The notes beneath the pieces are model-generated. The model saw nothing but the letters and a program-made list of their open reading frames with translations, was not told the origin of the DNA and did no database searches. From the NCBI RefSeq assembly GCF_004010195.1, contig NC_057755.1:5352921-5380996 (forward strand): a DNA stretch of 28,076 bases, written 5' to 3'. Every line of letters begins with the position of its first letter. Position 1 is the stretch's first letter. A program made the translations under genes and the position numbers. The DNA comes from Chiloscyllium plagiosum (taxonomy: Eukaryota). Shown here piece by piece: positions 1-10,279 of the stretch.

Positions 1-337
1 CGCCGGTGTGGTAGGCCCATGTGCACAGTCACATTACATTGACTGATTACAGTGAATCAGTGTTCATGAGACAGTGGAATTGAGAGAAAAAACCACGAAG
101 TTTTCAGCATTCACTGTCAAATTCAATCAAGCCTGACAGATAAGCAAATCTTCAATTTGATCGAACATCGACTGAGTTCTCGATAAGACATTGCCACAAG
201 GTTTTAAATATCCTGTACTGTTTTATGTAATATCCTTCCTGGGATAGAAACTAAATTTAAAGTATGCGAATGACATTGTTACAGCAAACTGCAGCTAAGC
301 CACTGCCATCGGAAATGACCTGGATAACGAGCTAAAA

Positions 338-453
338 GAAGGTCAGAAGTCACACAACAACATTTGATTTCAAGTAAACCCGAGTGGACGATAGCCTGGT
401 GTCGTGTGACTTCAGGCCTTGACCACCTCAGTTCAACACCGGCACCTCCACAT
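338..453. mobile_element. Remnant of PLE terminal region, partly self-inverted
   Basis: GAAGTCACAC is followed by its inverse GTGTGACTTC and then CAACACCGGCACCTCCACAT. Same family as 12005-12092; paralogous copy at about 15975-16090. Confidence 0.5.
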
Positions 454-520
454 TAAAGCTAAAAGAAGCCACTTAAGTCAGAGAGATCCCACACACATTC
501 CAGAAGATATCAGTACAAAG

Positions 521-729
521 AAGCAGCTGCCGTGAGAGAAGGAAGAATAGCCCCAACCCAGTTCGAAGATGTGTAATTGGAAATTTTAAACTAGTATGTG
601 GGCAGACATTTCGATAATAAACCACATATCATTATTAATGTTAAACGAGGTCCACTATCTAAGCAAGTAGATTAGTCCATTCTGTTATGAGGGTTTCGGT
701 GTGTATTGTACCTTTAAGAGAGAATGTAC
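521..729 (+). repeat. 209-bp inverted repeat, left arm (source copy)
   Basis: Reverse complement of 1223-1431 with 2 mismatches in 209 bp. Confidence 0.97.
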
Positions 730-1492
730 ATTCAAGAGAGACTGGAAGCTGGCATGAACTTAGAGTGGCACAGAGTGTGCTGAAATAATTCAATCTGTAA
801 CATTTGACTGTAAAACCAACACTGCAATTCTGTTGCCATGGTACACAACAAATTCGAATTTGGCCAAACAGTTTAAACTAAGCCACAAGATTTCAAAATT
901 CAATCAAATTTGAATTTAATGTTTTGGTGACTTCAAACCAATGAAATGATCTGATGTTCTGGGGTATACAACCGAACGTTTTGAACATTTCGGGGAGAAC
1001 AGAAAAGAGCAGCCCCATGCATCAACAGCCTGCTGTCCGAATTATACTCTGGAAGATGCCTGTCCAAAAGGATCACCAAAGCTGATCTCGAGAAATCTAC
1101 AAAGAAAGTTTGACATCCGAAGATGCCAACTGCATTTGAAAGGAATTTGCCGTAAATATCGGACCAGTATTATGAAGTGTAAGGTAAAAGATAGTTTTCA
1201 GATAAGGATAGTTTTCAGATTAGTACATTCTCTCTTAAAGGTACAATACACACCGAAACCCTCATAACAGAATGGACTAATCTACTTGCTTAGATAGTGG
1301 ACCTCGTTTAACATTAATAATGAGATGTGGTTTATTATCGAAATGTCTGCCCACATACTAGTTTAAAATTTCCAATTACACATCTTCGAACTGGGTTGGG
1401 GCTGTTCTTCCTTCTCTCACGGCAGCTGCTTGAATGTTCTCTGGTGGGCTAAAAGAATAGAATTGTTATTTTTTCTTTAAACACTGAAATCT
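683..1492 (+). mobile_element. LTR-like fragment, interrupted by the inverted copy at 1223-1431
   Basis: Starts TGTTATGA, has TGTACCTTTAAGAG near the 5' end, CCAAT at about 938 and a TATA-like GGGGTATACA at 961. Absent from the paralogous arm. Family call is from recalled similarity only. Confidence 0.55.
1223..1431 (-). repeat. 209-bp inverted repeat, right arm (inserted copy)
   Basis: Reverse complement of 521-729; preceded by a short direct repeat GATAGTTTTCAGAT at 1190-1203 and 1207-1220. Confidence 0.97.
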
Positions 1493-1890
1493 GGGATAGT
1501 TATGAGGTGAAACTGAACAATTTAGGCCTTGTTTCTCTACAACGTTGGCCACAGGGTGTAAAAAGATAAACTATTTTCGCTGTTTGGGGATTCGAACACA
1601 AAGGGGCATATTCTGCGAAGTAGGGTCATTGTGTTTAGGAGAGATGTTAGGAAGCACTTCCACACAGAAACGTTGGGGGATGTTTAGCATTCTCTTCCAC
1701 AAACAGGACTGGGTGCTGGATTAGTTGTTAATTTTCATTCTGGGACAGATTTGTTTTTTGTTAAACGTAGGTGTTAAGGGAAAAAGTACAAATGCAGGTA
1801 TATGGAGTTAGGCTGCAGATCAACCATTGAACGTCAGAACGAGCTCTCACGGGGAGCGGGTGTGAATGGCCTGTTTCTATATCCCTACGA
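1493..1890 (+). mobile_element. CR1-type LINE 3' end, degraded
   Basis: GATGTTAGGAAGCACTTCCACACA (C-terminal RKHF-type motif) and 3' tail GAATGGCCTGTTTCTAT; paralogue at 14870-15255 on the minus strand. Confidence 0.75.
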
Positions 1891-1899
1891 TTATTAATC

Positions 1900-2290
1900 T
1901 CGTCCTATAATCTACCCAAGGCATTGACATTTTTCCTAAAGTGTAGTGTTCAGAAGTGGGCAGAGCTCAATTTTAACACAATGCAAGGCATTTGACTTTC
2001 AAGAGTTCAAATCCAGTCTGTTTCCCCCAACTGTGGATGAATCGGTCAATTATAAAGGTTTGATAACATTTCACTTCTCTTTATATTCTAATTCCAATTT
2101 GTGCCTTTACTTTTTTACAAACCTGCCCAACCTACGCAATCACTTCCAAAGAGAAGTGCACACCTCCAAGTCTTGACAATGTTATACCTTGTCCAGAATT
2201 AGGCCAGTTAATTAGTATTATCACTCTTTAGAAAAATAATGACTCTTTCTCACTTCCTACATGATCTGCCAATTGTCTGCCCGTTTCACT
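1900..2290 (-). mobile_element. Old CR1-type LINE ORF2 fragment
   Basis: Minus strand reads TGGCAGAT...GTAGGAAGTGAG and CACTACACTTTAGGAAAAATGTCAATGCCTTGG (resembles CR1 PhxRKDixaLE); paralogue 14480-14860. Confidence 0.55.
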
Positions 2291-2549
2291 GGGTAATGGT
2301 ATAAAATGCATCTAGAAATATCCCACTAATGAATAGTGATTAGCTGCACGATTTGGAATACAGCAAACAGCCTTCATCTAAAACATTGCTCAACGGGAGA
2401 ACAGAAAGGCAGAGAATTTAACAGTTAACGGACATGTTTTTAAATTCAATGGACTGGGCTTTGCTGTTGGCATAGACACACCCAACAACACAGCAAAAGT
2501 AGAACGCTGCTCAGCTCTTTCTCCAACCTTTATCCTGGAACAGGAGGCC

Positions 2550-2650
2550 ATTCACCTCTAATTTCTCTCTGCAGATGCTGTCAGACATGCTCAGGTTTTC
2601 CAGGAATTTCTGTTTTTGTTTCTGATTGAGAACATCCGATGTACTTCCAT
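2550..2650 (+). mobile_element. PLE terminal remnant without hammerhead core
   Basis: CAGATGCTGTCAGACATGCTCAGGTTTTCCAGGAATTTCTGTTTTTG resembles the segment downstream of the hammerhead in other PLE copies here; paralogue 14090-14195. Confidence 0.6.
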
Positions 2651-2699
2651 TTTTAATTCAGTCCCTCCTCCAGCCTTCCAATCAGCAGGAAGGCACTGA

Positions 2700-3037
2700 G
2701 CAGGTGGAGTTGATGGGTGGCGGGAATTCGGACTGGACTGCTCATCGACGCAACCAAGTCATGTTCTCGGGGCATTGCTTCGAATCCCACTGTGGCAGAT
2801 GGTGGAATTTCAATTCAATTATTTTCTTAATTTTAAGAGTCTAATGATGAACCCAGAATGTTTCTTTGTTGGCTCATGCCTTTTACAGAGGGAAACGGCC
2901 ATCCGTACCTGGTCAGGACTGCACGTGGCTCCAGACCCACAGCCATGTGGTTGACACTTTATACACCTCCAGACAATTAATGATGGGCAATAAATATTGG
3001 TGCTGTCCAGCAATTCGTACAAGCCATGGCTGAATGA
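2700..3037 (+). mobile_element. tRNA-derived DeuSINE (SacSINE1-like)
   Basis: B-box-like TTCGAATCCC, then GGCAGATGGTGGAATTT, CTCCAGACCCACAGCCATGTGGTTGAC and GATGGGCAATAAAT. Confidence 0.8.
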
Positions 3038-3063
3038 CAGAAGCCTTCCTGAGAGTGATACAG

Positions 3064-3136
3064 AGAAGTGGAGGAAGCATTTTAGCTCATTTTGAGATGG
3101 TAAAGTGGAACAGCAGAGTCCCCTTCAGTCCCACTC
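3064..3136 (+). pseudogene. Candidate exon X', paralogue of 13713-13788
   Basis: ATACAG| acceptor and |GTGAGC donor at the same positions as in the paralogue; 73 nt vs 76 nt. Confidence 0.3.
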
Positions 3137-3429
3137 GTGAGCACAAGAATATCTGAATGGCACAACGTCAGTCCACACTGGTTTCCATGAAAAAGGGATG
3201 AGATGACGGAACGGGAAGGTGTGAGGAAAGGGGGTTGAATGAAATGTAATAACAATTGGAATTGGAATGAGGGAACAGTCGGTCAGATGGAGAGAGCTTG
3301 TCCTGGGAGGCAGTGAAGTATGGAGGCAACTAATTATGGGGATGGACACAGTGAAGGCCAACGCTTCACATTGATGTCTGGACATTTGAACGGAGGGTAC
3401 TATCCAACACGACCTACCACCAAAATTGA

Positions 3430-4530
3430 TTAAAGCTTGAAATAGTCACTATTACCCTGTATTTTATCATCTCGATTGTGTATTTGTTCCGCTTCATTTC
3501 CCAGCATTTAAGCATTTATATTTGCCTGCATGCACACCTTTTTCTGTTAATCGTCTCTCTTATCCCTTGTATGTAGGCCACACTGTTCCCTAGTGTTTCA
3601 TTCTCTTCTGATTCCACCTTCTCTCCCTTTGTATTTAAGCCACTCACTGTTACTCTGCCTTTAAGCCATTCGTCGTAATTCAGTCCTCTCTGTTAACTGT
3701 CCAGTATTTAATCCTGTTTCTGTACGTTAGTAATTAGTAAATCATAGAATTCTTACCTTGCTGTCCAACAAGCTTACACCAACCCCCTGAAGATCATCGC
3801 ACCTAAACCCATTCCCCCACCTTATTACTCGACGTTTCCCACTGACTAATGTACCTAACCAACACTTCTATAAATAGTATGGGCATGTTAGCATGGCCAA
3901 TTCATCTAGACTGTTCATGTTTGGATTATGCAAGGAAACCCGAGCACTTGGAGGGAGCCCACAGAGACACGGGGAGAATGCATAAACTCCACACAGACAG
4001 TCGACCGAGGCTGGGATCGAACCCGAGATCAAGGTGCTGTGAGGCAGCAGGAAAAGACACTGAGCCATAATGTGTCCTACCCTATTACTCTTTACTTAAT
4101 CCTGTCTTTATCGACATTCGATCCTCTCTGTTCACCTGTACGTAACCATTTCTCTCTTACACTGTTTTCAATCCTTTTCCTGATAATCTCTATTTAATCG
4201 TGTCCTTTTTTTGCATTTAGTACTCACACACCTACCCTCCACTGAATGCGCTCCATTTAAATCCCAACAATCACAGTCTTTAGCCATCTCTACATTCAGT
4301 GTTCTTGCCATTGCTCTATAATTAACCTTCTCACTACTACTTTCTGTTTATTGTTCTCCACTGTCCTCTTCCACTTGACTCCTACACTCCTTTATTCAAA
4401 CACCATATTCCTATATGGTTTGTATTCAGGCCTGTCCCTTTCTCCTGTATTTAACTGCCACCCTGCTCCGCTGCATTCAACACCATCCCAGTTATTCTCT
4501 ATTTTCTCTTCTTCCTATTAAGCTGTTACA
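3430..4530. repeat. Degenerate pyrimidine-rich tandem array (CTGTATTTAA-like units), interrupted by a SINE
   Basis: Recurrent C(T/A)GTATTTAA/TTCAA motifs every few tens of bases; inverse of 12250-13380. Confidence 0.65.
3741..4077 (-). mobile_element. HE1-type V-SINE
   Basis: Minus strand: A-box TGGCTCAGTG, B-box GGTTCGATCCC, V-domain TGTGTGGAGTTTATGCATTCTCCCCGTGTC, tail TTCTATGAT. Confidence 0.9.
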
Positions 4531-4544
4531 CTCCCTCTCCTTCC

Positions 4545-4745
4545 ACATAAACTGGTAACCCATCACCAACTCACCCTGCAGTTACAGGTGCATGGAATAT
4601 CACACTGACAAAACTGATTCCTAGAGTGGGCTGAAACTCTGACATTCCTCTTTATATCTATCAGACAGGACTCCTCAGTGGACCAGGTTAACATTCGCAA
4701 TCAGAGAGCCATCAGATTCAATGAGATCCACCTCATTACAATTCG
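4545..4745 (-). mobile_element. Short solo-LTR-like repeat
   Basis: Homologous to 12550-12765 and 19830-20036; minus strand has GATATAAA downstream of GTTAACCTGGTCCA. Confidence 0.55.
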
Positions 4746-4859
4746 TACAGCTTTCTCTGTATTCGCCCTATCTCTGTGCTCCTGCAATCAGCACACTTCT
4801 TCTTAAACTCCACGTACTTCTCTTCAATTACGTCACATTAATTCCTTTCACTTTGACTA

Positions 4860-5470
4860 GACCAAAACACAGAAACAGAACAGATAAACACGTAAAAACA
4901 TCATCCTGCCATAAACAAACACATTTGCACACAGACAGAGAATTACACCTACATCCCCACACACATAACGAAGTGAAATCATATTGATAGACATTGCTCA
5001 TCAACATGCAAGGAATTGCAGAAACATTCGCATACACACATGAGCACATTTAAATACAGTCACACAACTACACATACAATAAGGTACAAACAGAGAGTGA
5101 CTCTCAGAAACAAACGTAGAGACACACGCACAGAGAGTTACAGAGAGTTCCTGCAGGGTGCACAAAGATCTTGACACAAGGGTAGGTCGCCAAACACAGT
5201 GTGAACAACACACTCAGAAGATTAAACAAGAGGATAGCCAGGCAGAAGCACAACCCATAGTCCCACAATAATGCACCGACAGTCAGACACGTACCCATAT
5301 AGAGTCACAGAACTATTTTGACATGTGCGAGTTAACACATACATACACACACACACACACATACAGCTGATACACAGACACAAACACAACAGATGTAGAT
5401 ATCAAAGCACACACATTCACACTGGCACAGTAACAAAGAGCCACACAAACATACTCACCGTCACAGAAAC
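4860..5470. repeat. CA-rich degenerate microsatellite / low-complexity tract
   Basis: ACAC/ACAG-rich throughout; purer (CA)n at about 5335-5363. Explains the Cys/Val-rich spurious ORFs. Confidence 0.85.
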
Positions 5471-5473
5471 ATT

Positions 5474-5892
5474 CTAGCCACAAAAAAACACGACCCTCCC
5501 TCACTCATAGCCCTACACACGGAGGAAAAAAAAAACACCATTTCGACTCGGAAAACACATCTATCCTGGGACAGGCTAAGCAAGACATGCCAGAGAATTC
5601 CTAGAGGCCTGGCACTCCAACCACAACGCCATAAACAAACACATGGATCTAGATACAATCTATCAACCCCTCAGAAAACGAACAGGAAATGACATCACCA
5701 CAAACCCAGGAACCACATCCAGGAAAAACATATAAGTAGAAAACAGGAGACAAAAGCTTCGCTTCACTTGGAGGCCACCACTGATGATGTTACCTAGCCA
5801 GGTAACGAAACGTCTGGATATCAAACCGACAGGTCAGCGAGCAAACCTACACCCTAAACCTCAAACTGAGCTACAAACCTTCACAAACCTTG
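5474..5892 (+). mobile_element. Penelope-like retroelement 3' fragment (Poseidon-like): GIY-YIG endonuclease C-terminus plus pseudo-LTR
   Basis: Frameshifted translation LATKKHDPPSLIALHTEEK / HHFDSENTSILGQAKQ / HAREFLEAWHSNHNAINKHMDLDTIYQPLR, followed by a hammerhead motif. Confidence 0.9.
5778..5817 (+). ncRNA. Minimal type I hammerhead ribozyme motif
   Basis: Stem I CCA(5778-5780)/TGG(5815-5817); CTGATGA 5781-5787; stem II GTTACCT-AGCC-AGGTAAC; GAAAC-GTC 5807-5814; predicted cleavage after C5814. Confidence 0.88.
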
Positions 5893-6204
5893 TAGAAAGG
5901 CTCTCACACACTAAATGAGAAACACGCAAACACAAACTCCATGATAGTGACAAGGAGAGAAAAGGAGACAATCAAAGTGCGGGAGATGGAGGAGCAGTTC
6001 ATTGACAGAAATGTAATTATTTTTACGTTAATGTATTGCTGATTGTGTTTGTGAATTTTGTATTTTGCAAGAATCACCTCATCGGGTAAAATCAGTGAAT
6101 GAAGAGATGTGGAAGTGATTTCAGCCAATTCATGTGAGCTTGTGTTAAACTGAAACAACATGTGCCTGATGTAGAGACAGTTAGGACGACAGATACTAGA
6201 GACC

Positions 6205-6296
6205 AGTTCGAAAGTGTGGTGCTGGAAAACACAGCAGGTCAGGCCGCATCTGAAGAGCAGAACAGTCGACGTTTCAGAAGAAGCCCTTCATCAGAA
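6205..6296 (-). mobile_element. PLE terminal fragment with degenerate hammerhead
   Basis: Minus strand CTGATGA-A-GGGCTTCTTCT-GAAACGTC (6294 to 6268); stem II weakened. Confidence 0.8.
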
Positions 6297-6553
6297 AAGG
6301 GCCTGATGTGGTCAATTTGAGAAAAAGAAACAGAGGGTGAGGCAAGACAGAGAGAAACAGCATGAGATAGAGACAAAAACAGATAGAGAGACAGAGGTAG
6401 AGGGAGACAGAGACAGAGAGAGAGAAACAGCAAGAAACTTAGAAATTGAGGGTGAGAGATATAGGAGAAAGTGAGGACTGCAGATGCTGGAGATCAGAGC
6501 TGAAAATGTGTTGCTGGAAAAGCGCAGCAGGTCAGGCAGCATCCAGGGACAAG

Positions 6554-6593
6554 AGAATCGACGTTTCGGGCGTAAGCCCTTCGTCAGGAATCT
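6554..6593 (-). ncRNA. Minimal hammerhead ribozyme motif (minus arm of palindrome)
   Basis: Minus strand AGATTC-CTGACGA-A-GGGC-TTAC-GCCC-GAAACGTC-GATTCT. Confidence 0.78.
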
Positions 6594-6598
6594 GAATC

Positions 6599-6638
6599 AG
6601 ATTCCTGAAGAAGGGCTTATGCCCGAAACGTCGATTCT
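6599..6638 (+). ncRNA. Minimal hammerhead ribozyme motif (plus arm of palindrome)
   Basis: AGATTC-CTGAAGA(6605-6611)-A-GGGC-TTAT-GCCC-GAAACGTC(6625-6632)-GATTCT; stem I pairs 5 of 6. Confidence 0.78.
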
Positions 6639-7005
6639 CCGTGTCCCTGGATGCTGCCTGACTTGCTGCGCTTTTCCAGCAAAACATTTTCAGGTCAGAG
6701 ATACAGATATTGCGAATGACAGTGTGAGAGAGACGGCAACAAAGGAACAGAGGCAATGACATGGAGAAAGAGGTAGAGAGACAGAAGGCAATATATTTGT
6801 GATGTAAGTATACAGGATGTGGACTCAAGAAACACGGTGAAAAGTTTAAAAAAAATCGTGCATGAAATAGTAAGCAAATCAGATGAAGGGTTCACCAGCA
6901 CCCGGAGACATTTTCTTATTTTAATAAAGTGTTTATTAAGAGTTGAACAAAGAGAATCTGGCAATCATTAGGTTGTTTCTGTTTCGGTTCCTCGCCCTCC
7001 TCTGA

Positions 7006-7104
7006 TATTACTGATGAAGAGCTTTTGCCCGAAACGTCGATTTTCCTGCTGCTCGGATGTTGCTTGACCTGCTGTGTTTTTCCAGCACCACTCTATTCTT
7101 GCTC
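7006..7104 (+). mobile_element. PLE terminal fragment with hammerhead motif
   Basis: CTGATGA(7011-7017)-A-GAGC-TTTT-GCCC-GAAACGTC(7031-7038); one stem II mismatch, weak stem I. Confidence 0.82.
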
Positions 7105-7631
7105 TAAAAAAAACACTGCTCCAGGCTAACTTCGTGCCTATATGTTGTATTTTTAAATTTTAATCAAGAGACATATCTCAAAAATAAGACAATCAATGAC
7201 AGCCCAGCCACTCACTGCTGTAGATTTACAAAAACAAATCAGTAAGGTTAGACTTAAAAACCCTGAGCTGATCCCGTGCTGTGAGCTTTTCCTCCTTCAA
7301 GGACACCTATGAAGTTTGCTGTTGGTTAAATTATCTCAAGTGCACTCCGATGCTCAGAAATACATGAACTCAAAATGCAAAGGCAGCAGCTGTGCAGATT
7401 CATTGCTGTGTCAGACAGCAGAGTATGTTTCTTTTTCTCTCTGTCTCTGACCATGTGGTCTCGACTTTTGTGTCTCTTCCTCCTTTTTAAAGAGCTGCTG
7501 TTCCGATGTTTCACCCGAAACGATCCGCAACAAAACAAAAGCTTGTAAAATGATAATTACTGCTCCTGGAATTCAAGAAAATCAGCTCCAACATCTAAAA
7601 TCGCTCAGAAAAGGAGCACCTGTATTAGCCA
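7102..7631 (-). mobile_element. Orphan 5' UTR of the CR1 family at 22140-26996
   Basis: Reverse complement aligns colinearly with about 22138-22660 (TGCTCCTTTT, TCCAGGAGCAG, CACATGGTCAG, CTGCACAG, TCACAGCAC, CTTGATTAAA, AAGTTAGCCTG). Confidence 0.85.
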
Positions 7632-8479
7632 CATGTATTTTCCGTCCTTCATCTAGGATTATCCAAAATCATCTGGTCACTACATTAAAGAAATGTCAGT
7701 TGTTGCCTTTGAGAAGATGTGATTATTCGATGGAGAATGCTAGATCTGAGAAAGTTTTGTTTCATCAATGATGTTACAAGTTGTTATCTAATCTCTCTTT
7801 GTGATGATAAACTGAGGAACTCTTAATTCAATCAACCTCTCATAACTTGGTTTGGAAAGTCTGGAATTCTTTGTCATTAGAGCAAATGTTCTAATTTTAC
7901 TTGTACATTGAGTCAGCAAAGAGTGTAAAATTCAAATAGGGAACTGAGACGTTTTTTCAGCATTCTCCACATTGTCGGACTCATCTAGTTTTGGAATGTG
8001 CTTGCTGATATTTCACAGATAACCGACATAATTCAAAACTAAAAAGGTCAACGCTGCAATTATTGAACACGGATCCTGCAATCCATGTATAATCAACTAT
8101 AATATAGTAAAAATCGGGTGTCTCTGACTCTCTGTTGTGTTCTGATCCTGTCGGGGCAACTCATATTTAAACTGTTCAACTGATACACAGCAATTCACAC
8201 ATTGTACAAGCTTTCACAATCCTTCTTTAAAACAAAAACACTTCACTTTATGATGAGATTAACTAAATAAGGAAAGCAATATTAATCTAATGATCCATTT
8301 AATTAATTCCTCTGCTCCAATCTTCGTTAAAATTATTCCTCCCTATGAAACGTCACTTTGTGCATTGTAGAAATTACGAATCGACAATCATTCCTTCAGG
8401 GAACGACTGGAAGGTAGCCACAGCCCTCCGGAACTCACTTTAACACGCTGCACTATTCCACTGATACTTTTTAATTGGC

Positions 8480-9105
8480 GGAAATGTACAGCACAGATGG
8501 CCATTCAGCCCACTGAGTGAATTCACTTTAACACTCCTCAGTTTTTCTGCAATGCCATAGTACTGCGGGAAAGTTAGGGAACAAAAAGCGATATTTCATG
8601 TCTGCATCAATTGAATAAACAAGCCCCTGTTCTGCTCCCACTTTCCAGCACCTGGTCCACATGTTTGCAGATTACTTCATTTCAGGTACAGATCCAGGTT
8701 TGCTTTCCAGGTGTTGTACGTTGCCACTTCAAATACTAACCAAATGGGATGTCAGTTGCAGGCACACCATGAGTGAAAGTGATCGTCCTTATGCCCGCTG
8801 TGAACCTTCCATCAAATTTTCTCACTCTGTGTGTCCTGGTAAATTTGTCCTGAGTTTGGGGTGACAAGTCTACATCCAAGATCGGGAATAGTTTGGAGAC
8901 CTCAATCACATTCATCTCCCATTCGGCTCCGTTCAAGAGAAAATGACATCATCCATGTTCCCTCAATGTTGAAATAATTTCCACGATATTCTTTTCAATC
9001 CGTTTTATTCTCTCCTCAGATGTCACAACGAGGTGATGACCAGTACGATGCACAAAACCGCAGCTGTAAGCCACCCAGTGTCTAATGTCGTTCCAGTGTG
9101 ACAAG
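8480..9105 (-). mobile_element. Heavily degraded CR1-type LINE 3' part
   Basis: Begins GTACAGCACAGATGGCCATTCAGCCCA (inverse CR1 tail); CCCACTTTCCAGCACCTGGTCC; GGTGATGACCAGTACGATGCACAAAACC. Confidence 0.55.
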
Positions 9106-9333
9106 CCTGGCAGGAGATGAGGGAATTTGTTTTGAACTGGGACTGGTGCAGGGTGAGAGATCAGGAACCCTGCAAAGGGTAATATGGTATTACATATCAG
9201 TATTGATGTCTGATCAGGATCTGATGCGCATAATGGATCTGGTTGGGTATATTTCGGGCATAGTCTGATTGAAGTGTGGGGTTAGATTATCAATTACCCA
9301 GGAGTTAGATTATGGGTTTAATAGGCACATGTC

Positions 9334-10279
9334 TGTTCTGATACCAATTGATGTAATTCCAGAACAAGCCAGACCCCAGATAGGAATCCAGTTTGATTGA
9401 TCTCAACCTTATTTATTTTGATTTTAAAAAAAAGTTCTCTTGCCGAACAATAAAAACACAAATCTGCAAATACTGCTTCCACAACAAAACAGAAGGTTAT
9501 TACAAATCAAATGATGACAAAATAGCATAAGTCAAATTACGAGTTTATCACATGGATTCAAAGGTAATGAACACGGAGTAAATGTATAACCTCATCCAAC
9601 TCAAAACAATGCATAAACAAAATGAAAGAAAACTATTTTTAGGTGTTACACCATGCCTGATGCCATTCCAAAGCTAAAACACCCTCTGTATAATATTCAC
9701 ACCAGATTCCCTGTACACAGCTTTGGGTAAAGACTTGTGACCGCCACTTTTAAACTGGAATTGCAGTCAACATCTTCCAAGAGCTACCACACAGTTTTGT
9801 ATCAATGTACTCGGCTTAAAGTAACCTTTTCAGAGGCTTTTTCAAATTTCCCAAACACTTTCGTCTGGGATCAACACGAAATTTTCACACTAATGTAATA
9901 TATTTAATGAAGTTTCTGATTGCCTTCTCATCAGCACAGATCTGTGCATTCACTCAGTACCAGGTCTTACAAGGACGAAAAGAAATGACAAAAATGACAA
10001 AAGTGAAACTAAAAGTTTGCCAGTTCAGGGTTTATTCCCTCTCTTTCAGATAGTAGAACACTCCAACAATTCTTTGAGGCTCCGTTAATACCATGCGGGA
10101 TTGCAAACGATTAAAATATAAACAGAAGTTAATTGTTGCACAAAACCATTCAGCCAACAACCAGACTTCGAAAGCAGTTTTTAAAAGAATTTACTGTTGT
10201 TTCAGAAATACTGAAAGGTTCACTACTAGCTTCAGAAGCACAGCGAACTCTGCAACTTATTCACTCAAAATTCATAACA
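9334..10279. mobile_element. Possible solo LTR
   Basis: Termini TGTTCTGA ... TCATAACA (7/8 inverted, TG...CA). No target duplication seen; right boundary uncertain. Confidence 0.35.

Larger units (their letters stand above)
1..4830 (+). repeat. Left arm of ancient inverted segmental duplication A (partner 12455-16492); probably continues beyond the window start
   Basis: Colinear reverse-complement similarity through unique DNA and repeat junctions. 1-154 vs 16339-16492 is gap-free with 27 differences. Exact anchors: 1998-2013 vs 14755-14770, 3322-3335 vs 13514-13527, 3630-3640 vs 13269-13279. Confidence 0.92.
6465..6693. mobile_element. Palindromic PLE terminal element (two inverted pseudo-LTR ends)
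   Basis: Arms 6500-6595 and 6597-6693 are near-perfect reverse complements around A6596. Possible target duplication GTGAGAGATATAG (6452-6464) / GTCAGAGATACAG (6694-6706). Confidence 0.92.

Noticed and set aside
521..1431. MITE or foldback transposon with 209-bp TIRs
   Set aside because: The left arm is older host sequence (paralogous to about 15817-15915) plus the LTR start, and no target duplication is visible.
6880..6912. Hammerhead-like CAGATGA-A-GGGT...ACCC-GGAGAC
   Set aside because: Both core boxes are mutated and no PLE flank follows; it may be a relic but cannot be supported.
9909..9934. Minus-strand CTGATGA...GAAAC
   Set aside because: No credible stem II or stem I; likely chance.
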